Positions 12,671 to 24,899 of a DNA stretch of 60,000 nucleotides are shown here, one piece after another. Position 1 is the first letter of the stretch; every line of letters begins with the position of its first letter. Location of the stretch: positions 66,962,001-67,022,000 of the forward strand of contig NW_024704743.1 in the NCBI RefSeq assembly GCF_018977255.1, in the 5' to 3' direction. A program made the position numbers and the translations under genes. This DNA is from Callorhinchus milii. Lineage: Eukaryota. The notes below the pieces were generated by a model that was not told the DNA's origin, did no database searches, and saw nothing but the letters and a program-made list of their open reading frames with translations.

Positions 12671-15179
12671 GGAATATTATAGCACATTCAGTCCTTCAAG
12701 TCTGGGTTGATATTTTTTACCACATGCCACCTTATTTACTCTATTCTCCTGATTGCTCCCATATCTTTTCAAATCTCTTCTTCATTAACATTGGCCAAAC
12801 AGTTACTTTTCAACATCTCCGCTAGAAGTGTGTTGGGATTCTGGGAAAGGGAAGGGTAGTAGGAGATGGGAAAGGAAAATGTGGTGTTCCCCAAAGAAGC
12901 AAGGGGTGGGTAAAAGGAATGTTTTCCTTTATATTTTGCAATCAGTTAGCTGTCAGCATTTTAGGTCACAAGTTAACTGCAAAGTAAACCTACTCTACAC
13001 AAAAAATGTTATTGGTTCACAATATTCATTCTTTGTATCAAAAAAAATCAATTCTGCCAGACTTTTCCAAGACATACATAAGTTTGCCTGGATGATAAAA
13101 ATTGGTAAACATCTATATCTGTCATTTTCTGCAACGTTCTGTGATTTAACGTAAATAGATTTTCAGCAATAGCATTCCATTTTGTTTTATGATGGCAGAG
13201 GCGAAGTATTGAGAAAAAGCGAGTTAAATGAATGGAACCATAGACGCAGTGTGCGGTAGGGTCAAAGGTGAGTAAGGAGAAGGTGTTATTGCCTAAAAAC
13301 AGACACTTGGAAAGAGAATGATTCAGCAATGGGGCATCCAAAACTCACACTTAGGGTCACCTACATTCTTTCTGCTACTGAAGCAGCAGGAAGAATCTAG
13401 TTGCCCCCAAAGGCTACACTATATATAGTTCCACGGGTATCAAAATTCACCAGTTAACTAATCCACATGGCTAGTCTTCATGTGGAAGTCTGGACAATGA
13501 TGAACGTTGGTAAGAGTTCACCCAGCCAAACAAATATGCTTCCAGCAGGGTTAACTCCTGTATCTGAATATCACAACACATCACACACACCGCATCACAC
13601 ATTTAACCATTGAGCCATTGTGGGTGACAATTAATTTTACTTTCCATTTTAATCTTCAAATTAAAACATGTTACAGTCAAAAACGTAAACAATTAAAATA
13701 CTGTAAAATAGGAACTCTGGAATATGTACTGCTAAATCCTTTTCTAATTGATATAATAATTGGCTGCATGAATTAAGAATTTAAATTACAGTGCATATTA
13801 TTTGTAATTCTTTGTATTGTCCTACATTAAAAGTAGGAGCTTCTGAGTTGCAAATTTCCTTTGAAATCAGATCCATTTATTTTGAATCTTTCCGCAAATA
13901 GAGCTGGAACATTTTCAAAAATGATCAGAATAATTTTCCACATTTCAGTTTAATTTGGGACAATGGCTATATTTCATTCAAGACAAATGCATTTGTATTC
14001 ATTGTAAAGGGCCGAAAATTCTGTTTTGTTGGTGAAGCAACTCTACCAGGAACAGGAAGCACTATTGTGATACAATTGTTTGTTATAAGTAATTTTGAGC
14101 TGAACCCCAGAGAATATTCAATTGTTATTGTTACTATTCCCATTTGTTTCATTCATCAATGAACTATGCTTGCAATTTCTCGTATTTTTATTTTCTTATT
14201 GAACAGGGCTGTATTATAACAAAAGCAACTAGCTATAAATTCTTAAAATAATAGTGAAATGAGGTCCAATTCACAGTATAGCAAGTCCAGGAACTTGATG
14301 GACACATATCAGGATAAGCTCATGTTAGAGGCTGCACATCTAAGGTTTTACAACTCCCCTAACAAAAGGGAAGGAAGGCTCAGTTTCCCAAGATTTAAAC
14401 ATTAATACTTTGTGGCACAATTGTAGGGAACACTGCCTGAAACCTGACCTCCACACAGAGTGTTTTATGTTAAACATAAAACCTCAATGGGTGATGCATA
14501 GCCTCTGCCTAGAGCTGGAATAGAGCCAAGCAATATATGTTTCCTACCAGAAGCCAACACGATATAATTCCCCCTTATAAATGTGTCAAGTAATCCATAA
14601 TAGATGGAGAATAAACCCTGCAACACATAATTATAGAAATTACAGCACAGAAGAAGGTCACTCAGCTCATCTACCCTAAGGTTGTATAAGCTCAATCATA
14701 AGATAAAACTACTGTGCTTTAATATTCCTATAATAATCCTTTATTTGATATAGCATTGCTCACGTTGGAAGAACATTTCAAACTACTTTACAGGATATGC
14801 TGTAATGTAGAGTGATTATGTATTATATAGTTATTGAAATAACAGTTTTCCAACCTTATCCCTTTTTATTTTTCTCAAGTTAACTGTGATTTATCATGCC
14901 CTCCAATGGCCATTTGTTATATTGCAATATTATTTCCTTTTAAAAAAAATCTTTAAATAATTCAGAATACAGCCTGAGTCACCATGAGAGAGATTAGGTT
15001 TATCCAGAGAAATTTATAAAGACTTTGTGCCATTTGATCTCATCTTTTCTTAATATCAACTCTAACATTTCCCCATCGCTCGGCCTCAACCACTCTTTCT
15101 AGTAACCTATTCCAGCTGTTAATTATCCTCTGGATAAAATAAAATAAAGAAATACTTCAAGATGCTTGACAACAAAATC

Positions 15180-15680
15180 CTCTGTGGTGGTTTTGGAAGT
15201 CAGAAAGGTCCACGGTACTCCAGGGCACTGCTGATGATAGACACGCCAATATGGGCATCAGCAGGACTTGGAGGGGAAGACCAGTGACTGGGGGTAGGGA
15301 TTTTTCCCAGTCAGCTCCTGCCAAAATCCCAGCGGGTAGGGTGGTCCTAGCTTCTGCAAGTCAAAACCTAACAGATAACTGGATAAACAGGAGAAAGCTT
15401 GCCAGAAAATGCTTTCAAACTATGTGGTTTAAACTGGTTAGACTCCAGCAGTACCTCAACTTACACTCTGGGGTCCCCAAGCCTAAGCTCTTGCTAACCT
15501 GCACCTAATACTCTCTGGAATTAGATACACAGAGTGCACTACTCCAAGGAGAAAGTGTGAATTCCATTCTAGACACAAACACATTTCCTGGTGTGGGTGG
15601 CATACACATGTGAACTCTCAGTCTGGTTTGGATTCTCTTAAGCATAGTGATGAGTTTCTGCATTTGTCAAACACCTGAAT
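15180..15680. repeat. Unclassified dispersed repeat, copy 1 (copy 2 at 49440-49880)
   Basis: Several collinear shared blocks, e.g. ctctgtggtggt, tccagggcactgctgatga, agaccagt, tagggtggtcctagct, ctcagt.tggtttgga. Confidence 0.75.
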
Positions 15681-16821
15681 GACACATGCAGGTGTCTGAT
15701 ACATTTCAGCATTATGCTCCCACCCCTAGAACTCCCTCCCTCAACCCATCCATCTCACCGACTCTCCATCTGTCTTGAAAAGCTGTCGAAGATTTAACTC
15801 TTCAACTATACTGACCGGCACCTATGTCCTCCTCCCCACTTCTCCCGCCCAGCCACTCGGTGTCAGTGTACATCACAGTCTCTTTAAAGTGCTCCAAGAT
15901 ATTACTCTATGTGAAAGCCACTATATAATTGCAAATACAGTAATAGTTTTTAAATACTTTACACTTTACTCCTCTCTTGCCTCTTTAAGTCTCCTAGGGA
16001 ATACTTGATCTGTCTCTGTGGATTTGTTCCTTTTGAGTCGTTTGTGCTTATCTAAAATGTGTCTCATTCAATGTCACAGGTCAATACATCAAACAGAAGT
16101 TAGATATTGGCAGCATATTGTTAATGAAGTCATTTTGTATGTTCACTCTCTTCTACTTATAATCCTTAGGGTCACAAATTTACTGCAGTCCGGCTGTATA
16201 GGTGGTCGCTGGCATTATAACTGAAATATAATTCAATCTTCTGACTAATTATTTCTAAATTAGTTTGCAATATTATATTATATTATTTGATTGTGTCAAG
16301 GCCTTGGAGCAGTTATTTTGGAGATTAATAGCTTGCCGCTGTCACAGAGTTGGATAAAATATTCTCACATTCTTATTCTTAAAACCAATGCCTTAAATGT
16401 TAAGAGCATACAGAAACATCCTTGTTCAAAAGTTGGTTTTCCATAGTTCTGAAAAACACCTTCAGGTATTCATCTTCAGGTATTCACAACGCTAACAAGC
16501 TAAAGTTACATTTTAGTCTAAACATATGTGAGTAAAATTGGATTATGAAGTAGGAGAAAATTATTTCCTGTGTTTTAGAAAGCTATCTGTAAACAAATAC
16601 AAACAGATTACATGATGGACATCAACAGCTCCCTCAAGAGGTTTCCAAATTGTAGTGTGCTGAAGCATACAACATCAGTGAGATCTCAACTGTGCCATGG
16701 GAAAAGTTGCCAAGCAAATGCCAGCTGCTTCCTCATAGGAATGATAGAAAAACAGAGGACAAGTTACTCCTGTCTGCTTCAAATACCAAATACCATCTGC
16801 CATTTGAAATCAGTTGTTGTG

Positions 16822-17415
16822 ACAACAACAACAAGATTACATTTGTTTCATGTCGGGAGGACGTCCCAAGGCGCTGGACAGTGTACAGCATTTTAGATCC
16901 AAGCTGGGGTCAGGGAGGGAGAAGGGAGGGGAACGGGGATGACCGATGGCATGGTCGAAGAGGAGGTTTTGAGCTGGGACTTGAAGGCGGCTAAGGAGGG
17001 GGCGAGGCGGAGTGATTGGGGGATGGAATTTCAGAGTTTGGGGGCAGAGTGGCTGAAGGCTCTCCCACCAATGCAGTCAATATACGGTCAATTCACTTTA
17101 CAGTCTATTCTGTGAAGCGCTTTGAGATGTCAAGACGACGTGAAAAGCTCTATAACAAATGCAAGGATTATTTATTATATTATTATGATGGTGGGGCGGG
17201 TGGGGCGGAGGACGTGAAGCAGGCCAGAGCCGGCTGAGCGGAGGGAGCGGGCGGGTTGGTTGGGGGTTAGGAGGTCGCAGAGGTAGGGTGGGGCGAGGCC
17301 ATGGAGGGCTTTGTAGGTGAGGACCAGGATTTTGAACTGGATCCTCTGAAGGACAGAGAGCCAATGGAGTCGGGCGAGAATGGGGGAGATGGGTTCACTG
17401 AGTTTGGTGCAGGAT
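16822..17415 (-). mobile_element. L2 LINE 3' fragment interrupted by a plus-strand SINE tail (~17075-17186)
   Basis: [30 protein letters not shown] motif; the SINE tail is embedded. Confidence 0.85.
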
Positions 17416-17904
17416 ACCTGCATTACTTTTGTAATATTATAAGGATTAGGATCACAGGAATGATCTGAAAACTCAAAAGACTGGCTTGTTTCACAGTCCA
17501 GAATTCAATGGGGCTTCTACAAATTTGAATGTTAATATGGAGAATATTCTCTATGTTAACATATATTATGAGGTTCTGATTTTATATGTATTTCTTCATC
17601 AGAATTTTCAACATTAAATATTCAAATGATACTATTTCATACAGATTGTATTATATGTGGATTATTGAAAACTACACAATTAAGATTCTAATCATTAATG
17701 TTCATGAAATAAAGAAATCACAGTACAATTATCCACCCAAAATTACTAGCTATGCACTAATTTCTGGACAAACTGCTCTGACACTCTGGTATTTGACTTA
17801 CTCAAATTCTTTTGATGTCTGGAAAAAAGAACTTTCATTTTTCTAGCAGTTTATCATGCTGAAACAGCTCAAATTACTGATTTGATTTGTAGGCAAATGC
17901 ATAT

Positions 17905-18272
17905 TTAATAATAATAAGCCTTACGTTTGATATAGCGCCTTATCACGTTGCTGAGGCGTCTCAAAGTGCTTCACAGAATATCCTGTAAAGTGAATGGACT
18001 ATATTTTGTGGGCGAAAAGCGGCAGCCAACCGTGCACAGCAGTGTCGCACAAACAGTTATGGATTGAGTGACCAATGTTTTATATATGTGATTATTACCC
18101 CTGGAAAGTGATCTGCCAAACGACTAACAACCAGGTTCCTAGTTACTGCAAGGTAAACAGGGGTGCAGGTGGAGTAAAGAAATTTACCTAAGGTTTCACC
18201 CTGCCCAGGAATTGAACCTGGGTCCTCTTGCGTGTGAGGCAAGTGCTCTAACCAATATGCCACAGGACTCCA
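17905..18272 (-). mobile_element. Full-length tRNA-derived SINE
   Basis: Reverse complement of the 9982-type element, including the head. Confidence 0.9.
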
Positions 18273-18989
18273 CAATCTTTGTTTGCACCAATGAGGTCCC
18301 CAAAACAGGCATAAGATGAGTGGCAGATAAATCTGATGGATTATTGGACCTTATTTAGCAGGAGGAATATTTTTCAAAGGCGAAACTATCTTGAACAGGA
18401 TATAATATGACCATGTTTAGATAAACTGTGAGAAAATAAGATCTGAGACAATACAGGGAGTAATAAATCACAGGTGGGAAAGATTTAGGCAACTCTCATC
18501 TGAGCAATACAACACAAATACAATTTACATTTATATAGCTCCTTTCATGTCAGGATGGCTGCGTATGCTGTGCACCTCAAGAACACTGTCAAAGCATTTG
18601 TGAGAAACCTGAGTGAACTATGATTGATCCAGCAAAACATATAGAATTCTGTTTTACTGGCACTCAGAAACCAAATTACTATTTTATATTGTCATCTGCC
18701 AGAGTGCCATTTCTATATAGGAAATTGTAATCAGAATCGACTGTTTCAAGGGCAAGCACAACGGAACTCAGTGGAGTCCCCGGGGATGGTAAGCCATATG
18801 CGTTTGACGCCAATCTCTCATATCGTAAGCAGTTCTGATGAAGGGCTTCTTCCATAATATTAACCTATTTTCTCATTCGGATGCTTAAATGATTTGCTGT
18901 GACTTTCGAGCCTTCCTGTTTGAACTCCTGAATTGAACGTTTCTCCAACAGGGAGGCAATAATGAGTCAATCCCATGTTTTGCTTTCGT

Positions 18990-19797
18990 TTTGCCGTGAC
19001 TCGTTCCGCCTTTCCACACCTCCGCAACATTGCCCGCCTCAACCACTGCCTCTCACCGCAGGCCACCGAGACCCTGATCCAAGCTTTCGTTTGTTTCGCC
19101 CACAAATATACGGTCAATTCACTTTACAGTGTATTCTGTGAAGCGCTTTGAGACGTCGAGAAGACGTGAAAAACGCTATATCAAATGCAAGGATTATTAT
19201 TATTATTATTCATTACGTCCCGGCTTGACTACACCAACTGCCTGCTCACTGAACTTCCCAACTCTTCCCTCCACAAGCTGCAAATCATTCAGTACTCTGC
19301 ATTTCGTGTCCTCTCCCGCACCAGGCTTCACTGGCTCACTATTCTTCAGAGAATTGAGTATAAAATCCTCATTCTTACATTCAAAGCCCTCCACAGTCTT
19401 GCTCCCCACTACCTCTCAGACCTCATAACCCCATATCAGCCGATCCGCTCCCTCCGCTCGGCAGACACCGGCTTGTTTCAGGTCCCCCGCACTTCGCTCC
19501 CCATCTTTGATGGTCGGGCATTCAGCTTCTCTGCCCCCACTCCCTGGAACTCTATCCCACAATCCCTCTTCCTATTCGATCATGCCTTCGGCCACCCTCC
19601 CACCCCACCCCCCTACCACTCCACTCCACCTCCCCACCCCATCCCCCTGCCACTCCACCCCACCTCCCCTCCCCATCCCCCTGCCACACCACACCCCCTC
19701 CCCTTCTGACCCCCAACTCGGGTCCAAAACCCGATTGTCCAGCGCTCTGGGTTGTTTTTCCAATGTGCAGGTGCTATACAAGTGTAATTTGTTGTTT
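18990..19797 (+). mobile_element. L2 LINE 3' fragment with nested SINE tail (~19092-19210)
   Basis: TSRLDYTNCLL...LHWL...KALHSLAP motifs. Confidence 0.85.
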
Positions 19798-20559
19798 TCA
19801 CGGAAGAGGTTAATATTCAGAAAGAAGGATCATCAATGATGGGTGCAGTAGAGGTTAGTATTCAGAGAAATGATACTAAATAATGTGTAGCAGTGCATTA
19901 ACAGTGCGTAACAGGTGACACCAACGACACTTCCTTGTTGATTTTATTGCAGGAACCCAGCCCATGATGGAGTGTAGAAGTGCTCTGCAACTCAGTTATA
20001 CGCTACGTCTGGAACTAGTATTGCTGGGGAAGCTCATCTCCTGCTGAGATTTCTGAACCAAATCTCACCCATCAACTGGTACATTATGGGAAAGATTGAG
20101 CTCCCAGCTGCAGCTGTGCTTTCAGCCCTATATGTTGGTTGGGATCGGTATTGCAGTACTTCCGATCCAAGAAGGTTGATCTGCTCTCACAAAGAGGAAG
20201 CAGAGATACTGGAACTCAGAACGCACTTGGGCCCTCGGTCACTCGGCTCAGGCCGGGCTTGCCCTGCCGGAGAGGCCATTCCGTCACCAGACTTGCTCGA
20301 GCGGTCGTGAAGACACGGGTCGGAGGTCCACATGGTCCTTTGACAACTTGGGGCCGAGAAGGGTTTGGGGATGAGGGTTTGTCTGCGGGGGCGCAGGCCT
20401 GGTTCTCAAAGTGGGACGTTGCGGTCTAATTGGGTTAAGGGAGGAGTGCAGGTCTCACCTCCCTCACCAACACACACCTGGAGGTCCACAGGAGGGCCAC
20501 AGAAAAACCCTCTGAACCCTTCACCTCACTGATACCCACAGCTGTACCCGTCAGTCTGA

Positions 20560-23500
20560 CCCCTCCCCAACACAGTCCCCATCACTGACACCTGTGACTG
20601 TACCCCTCCCCAACACAGTCCCCATCACTGACACCTGTGACTGTACCCCTCCCCCACACACCCCATCACTGACACCTGTGACTGTGCCCCTCCCCCACAC
20701 ACCCCATCACTGACACCTGTGACTGTACCCCTCCCCCACACACACCCCATCACTGACACCTGTGACTGTACCCCTCCCCAACACAGTCCCCATCACTGAC
20801 ACCTGTGACTGTGCCCCTCCCCAACACAGTCCCCATCACTGACACCTGTGACTGTACCCCTCCCCACACACCCCATCACTGACACCTGTGACTGTACCCC
20901 TCCCCCACACACCCCATCACTGACACCTGTGACTGTACCCCTCCCCCACACACCCCATCACTGACACCTGTGACTGTACCCCTCCACCCACACACCCCCA
21001 TCACTGACACCTGTGACTGTACCCCTCCCCCACACACCCCATCACTGACACCTGTGACTGTACCCCTCCACCCACACACCCCCCATCACTGACACCTGTG
21101 ACTGTACCCCTCCCCCACACACCCCATCACTGACACCTGTGACTGTGCCCCTCCCCAACAGAGTCCCCATCACTGACACCTGTGACTGTGCCCCTCCACC
21201 CACACACACCCCATCACTGACACCTGTGACTGTGCCCCTCCCCCACACACCCCATCACTGACACCTGTGACTGTACCCCTCCCCCACACACCCCATCACT
21301 GACACCTGTGACTGTACCCCTCCCCCACACACCCCATCACTGACACCTGTGACTGTGCCCCTCCCCCACACACCCCATCACTGACACCTGTGACTGTACC
21401 CCTCCCCCACACACCCCATCACTGACACCTGTGACTGTGCCCCTCCCCCCACACACCCCATCACTGACACCTGTGACTGTGCCCCTCCCCCACACACCCC
21501 ATCACTGACACCTGTGACTGTACCCCTCCCCCACACACACCATCACTGACACCTGTGACTGTACCCCTCCCCCACACACCCCATCACTGACACCTGTGAC
21601 TGTGCCCCTCCCCAACAGTCCCCATCACTGACACCTGTGACTGTACCCCTCCCCCACACACCCCATCACTGACACCTGTGACTGTGCCCCTCCCCCCACA
21701 CACCCCATCACTGACACCTGTGACTGTACCCCTCCCCCACACACACCCCATCACTGACACCTGTGACTGTGCCCCTCCCCCCACACACCCCATCACTGAC
21801 ACCTGTGACTGTGCCCCTCCCCCACACACCCCATCACTGACACCTGTGACTGTACCCCTCCCCCACACACACCATCACTGACACCTGTGACTGTACCCCT
21901 CCCCACACACCCCATCACTGACACCTGTGACTGTGCCCTCCCCACACACCCCATCACTGACACCTGTGACTGTGCCCCTCCCCACACACCCCATCACTGA
22001 CACCTGTGACTGTGTCCCTCCCCCACACACCCCATCACTGACACCTGTGACTGTGCCCCTCCCCCACACACCCCATCACTGACACCTGTGACTGTGTCCC
22101 TCCCCCACACACCCCATCACTGACACCTGTGACTGTACCCCTCCCCCACACACCCCATCACTGACACCTGTGACTGTATCCCTCCCCCACACACCCCATC
22201 ACTGACACCTGTGACTGTACCCCTCCCCCACACACCCCATCACTACCTGTGACTGTACCCCTCCCCCACACACCCCATCACTGACACCTGTGACTGTACC
22301 CTTCCACCCACACACACCCCATCACTGACACCTGTGACTGTGTCCCTCCCCCACACACCCCATCACTGACACCTGTGACTGTGCCCCTCCCCAACAGTCC
22401 CCATCACTGACACCTGTGACTGTACCCCTCCCCCACACACCCCATCACTGACACCTGTGACTGTACCCCTCCCCACACACCCCATCACTGACACCTGTGA
22501 CTGTATCCCTCCCCCACACACCCCATCACTGACACCTGTGACTGTACCCCTCCCCCACACACCCCATCACTGACACCTGTGACTGTGCCCCTCCCCACAC
22601 ACCCCATCACTGACACCTGTGACTGTGCCCCTCCCCACACACCCCATCACTGACACCTGTGACTGTACCCCTCCCCCACACACCCCATCACTGACACCTG
22701 TGACTGTGCCCCTCCCCCACACACCCCATCACTGACACCTGTGACTGTGTCCCTCCCCCACACACCCCATCACTGACACCTGTGACTGTACCCCTCCCCC
22801 CACACACCCCATCACTGACACCTGTGACTGTGCCCCTCCCCCACACACCCCATCACTGACACCTGTGACTGTATCCCTCCCCACACACCCCATCACTACC
22901 TGTGACTGTACCCCTCCCCCCACACACCCATCACTACCTGTGACTGTGCCCCTCCCCCACACACCCCATCACTGACACCTGTGACTGTGCCCCTCCCCCA
23001 CACACCCCATCACTGACACATGTGACTGTATCCCTCCCCCACACACCCCATCACTACCTGTGACTGTACCCCTCCCCCACACACCCCATCACTGACACCT
23101 GTGACTGTACCCCTCCCCCACACACCCCATCACTGACACCTGTGACTGTACCCCTCCCCCCACACACCCCATCACTGACACCTGTGACTGTACCCCTCCA
23201 CCCACACACCCCCCATCACTGACACCTGTGACTGTGCCCCTCCCCACACACCCCATCACTGACACCTGTGACTGTGCCCCTCCCCACACACCCCATCACT
23301 GACACCTGTGACTGTGTCCCTCCCCCACACACCCATCACTGACACCTGTGACTGTGCCCCTCCCCCACACACCCCATCACTGACACCTGTGACTGTACCC
23401 CTCCCCCACACACCCCATCACTGACACCTGTGACTGTGTCCCTCCCCCACACACCCCATCACTGACACCTGTGACTGTGCCCCTCCCCCACACACACCCC

Positions 23501-24480
23501 ATCACTACCTGTGACTGTATCCCTCCCCCACACACCCCATCACTACCTGTGACTGTACCCCTCCCCCACACACCCCATCACTGACACCTGTGACTGTACC
23601 CTCCCCCACACACACCCCATCACTGACACCTGTGACTGTATCCCTCCCCCACACACCCCATCACTACCTGTGACTGTACCCCTCCCCCACACACCCCATC
23701 ACTGACACCTGTGACTGTGCCCCTCCCCCACACACCCCATCACTGACACCTGTGACTGTACCCCTCCCCCACACACCCCATCACTGACATCTGTGACTGT
23801 ACCCCTCCCCCACACACCCCATCACTGACACCTGTGACTGTGCCCCTCCCACACACACCCCATCACTGACACCTGTGACTGTACCCCTCCCCCACACACC
23901 CCATCACTGACACCTGTGACTGTACCCCTCCCCACACACCCCATCACTGACACCTGTGACTGTGCCCCTCCCACACACACCCCATCACTGACACCTGTGA
24001 CTGTGTCCCTCCCCAACACAGTCCCCATCACTGACACCTGTGACTGTACCCCTCCCCACACACACCCATCACTGACACCTGTGACTGTACCCCTCCCCCA
24101 CACACCCCATCACTGACACCTGTGACTGTGTCCCTCCCCCACACACACCATCACTGACACCTGTGACTGTGTCCCTCCCCCACACACCCCATCACTGACA
24201 CCTGTGACTGTACCCCTCCCACACACACCCCATCACTGACACCTGTGACTGTACCCCTCCCCCACACACCCCATCACTGACACCTGTGACTGTGTCCCTC
24301 CCCCACACACCCCATCACTGACACCTGTGACTGTACCCCTCCCCCACACACACCCCATCACTGACACCTGTGACTGTACCCCTCCCCCACACACCCCATC
24401 ACTGACACCTGTGACTGTACCCCTCCCCCACACACACCCCATCACTGACACCTGTGACTGTGTCCCTCCCCCCACACACA
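20560..24480. repeat. ~39-bp minisatellite (CCCCATCACTGACACCTGTGACTGTACCCCTCCCCCACACA)n, about 100 copies
   Basis: Directly visible tandem array of about 3.9 kb that ends at the PDIA4 CpG island. Confidence 0.97.
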
Positions 24481-24572
24481 CACACACATACACGCGGCAC
24501 ATTGCTGACGGTGCCCTCCCGGCGCATGCGCCCTGAGCCCCCGGCGGCACGCAGGCACGTGTGTGAGCTCCG

Positions 24573-24624
24573 AGTGGCGCCCGCCGATTGGGCGGCGGGA
24601 GAGGACCAATGGGAAGGCGGCACC
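24573..24624. promoter_or_regulatory. Two divergent ERSE-like elements in the PDIA4 promoter
   Basis: Minus strand CCAAT-N9-CCACT (24573-24591) and plus strand CCAAT-N9-GCACC (24606-24624), against the ERSE consensus CCAAT-N9-CCACG. A GC box GGGGCGGGG follows. PDIA4 is a known unfolded-protein-response target. Confidence 0.7.
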
Positions 24625-24814
24625 TCAGAGCTGAGCGGGGCCCTGAGGGGCGGGGCCGCGGGGCCCAGTCACACAGTCACAGCCGCGCGCGCACACCCAC
24701 ACACACAGACCCACACACCGAGAGAGACAGGAGCGGCGCCGGGAACCGTCTGCACCGCGGCCGCCACCCTCGGGGATTCCCGTGACTCTCAGCCCGTGAC
24801 CCGCCCGCTACACC

Positions 24815-24899
24815 ATGGAGCTGAAGCGGGCGACCCTCCTCCTCCTGCTGCTGCTGCTCTCACACCTGGCGCTGCTCGGCCTGGCCCAGGACAAGCCGG
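24815..24899 (+). CDS. PDIA4: PDIA4 exon 1 (signal peptide)
   Basis: Kozak cacc[19 protein letters not shown]..., donor G|GTAAGT. Confidence 0.93.

Noticed and set aside
18760..18860. CTGATGA motif suggesting a hammerhead or C/D snoRNA
   Set aside because: No downstream GAAAC core or terminal stem could be supported.
20560..24480. CRISPR-like appearance (constant core with variable spacers) and many short ORFs
   Set aside because: The spacers are C/A-run length variants of one sequence, not unique spacers. The context is a vertebrate genome with no cas genes, and the ORFs are repeat artefacts.
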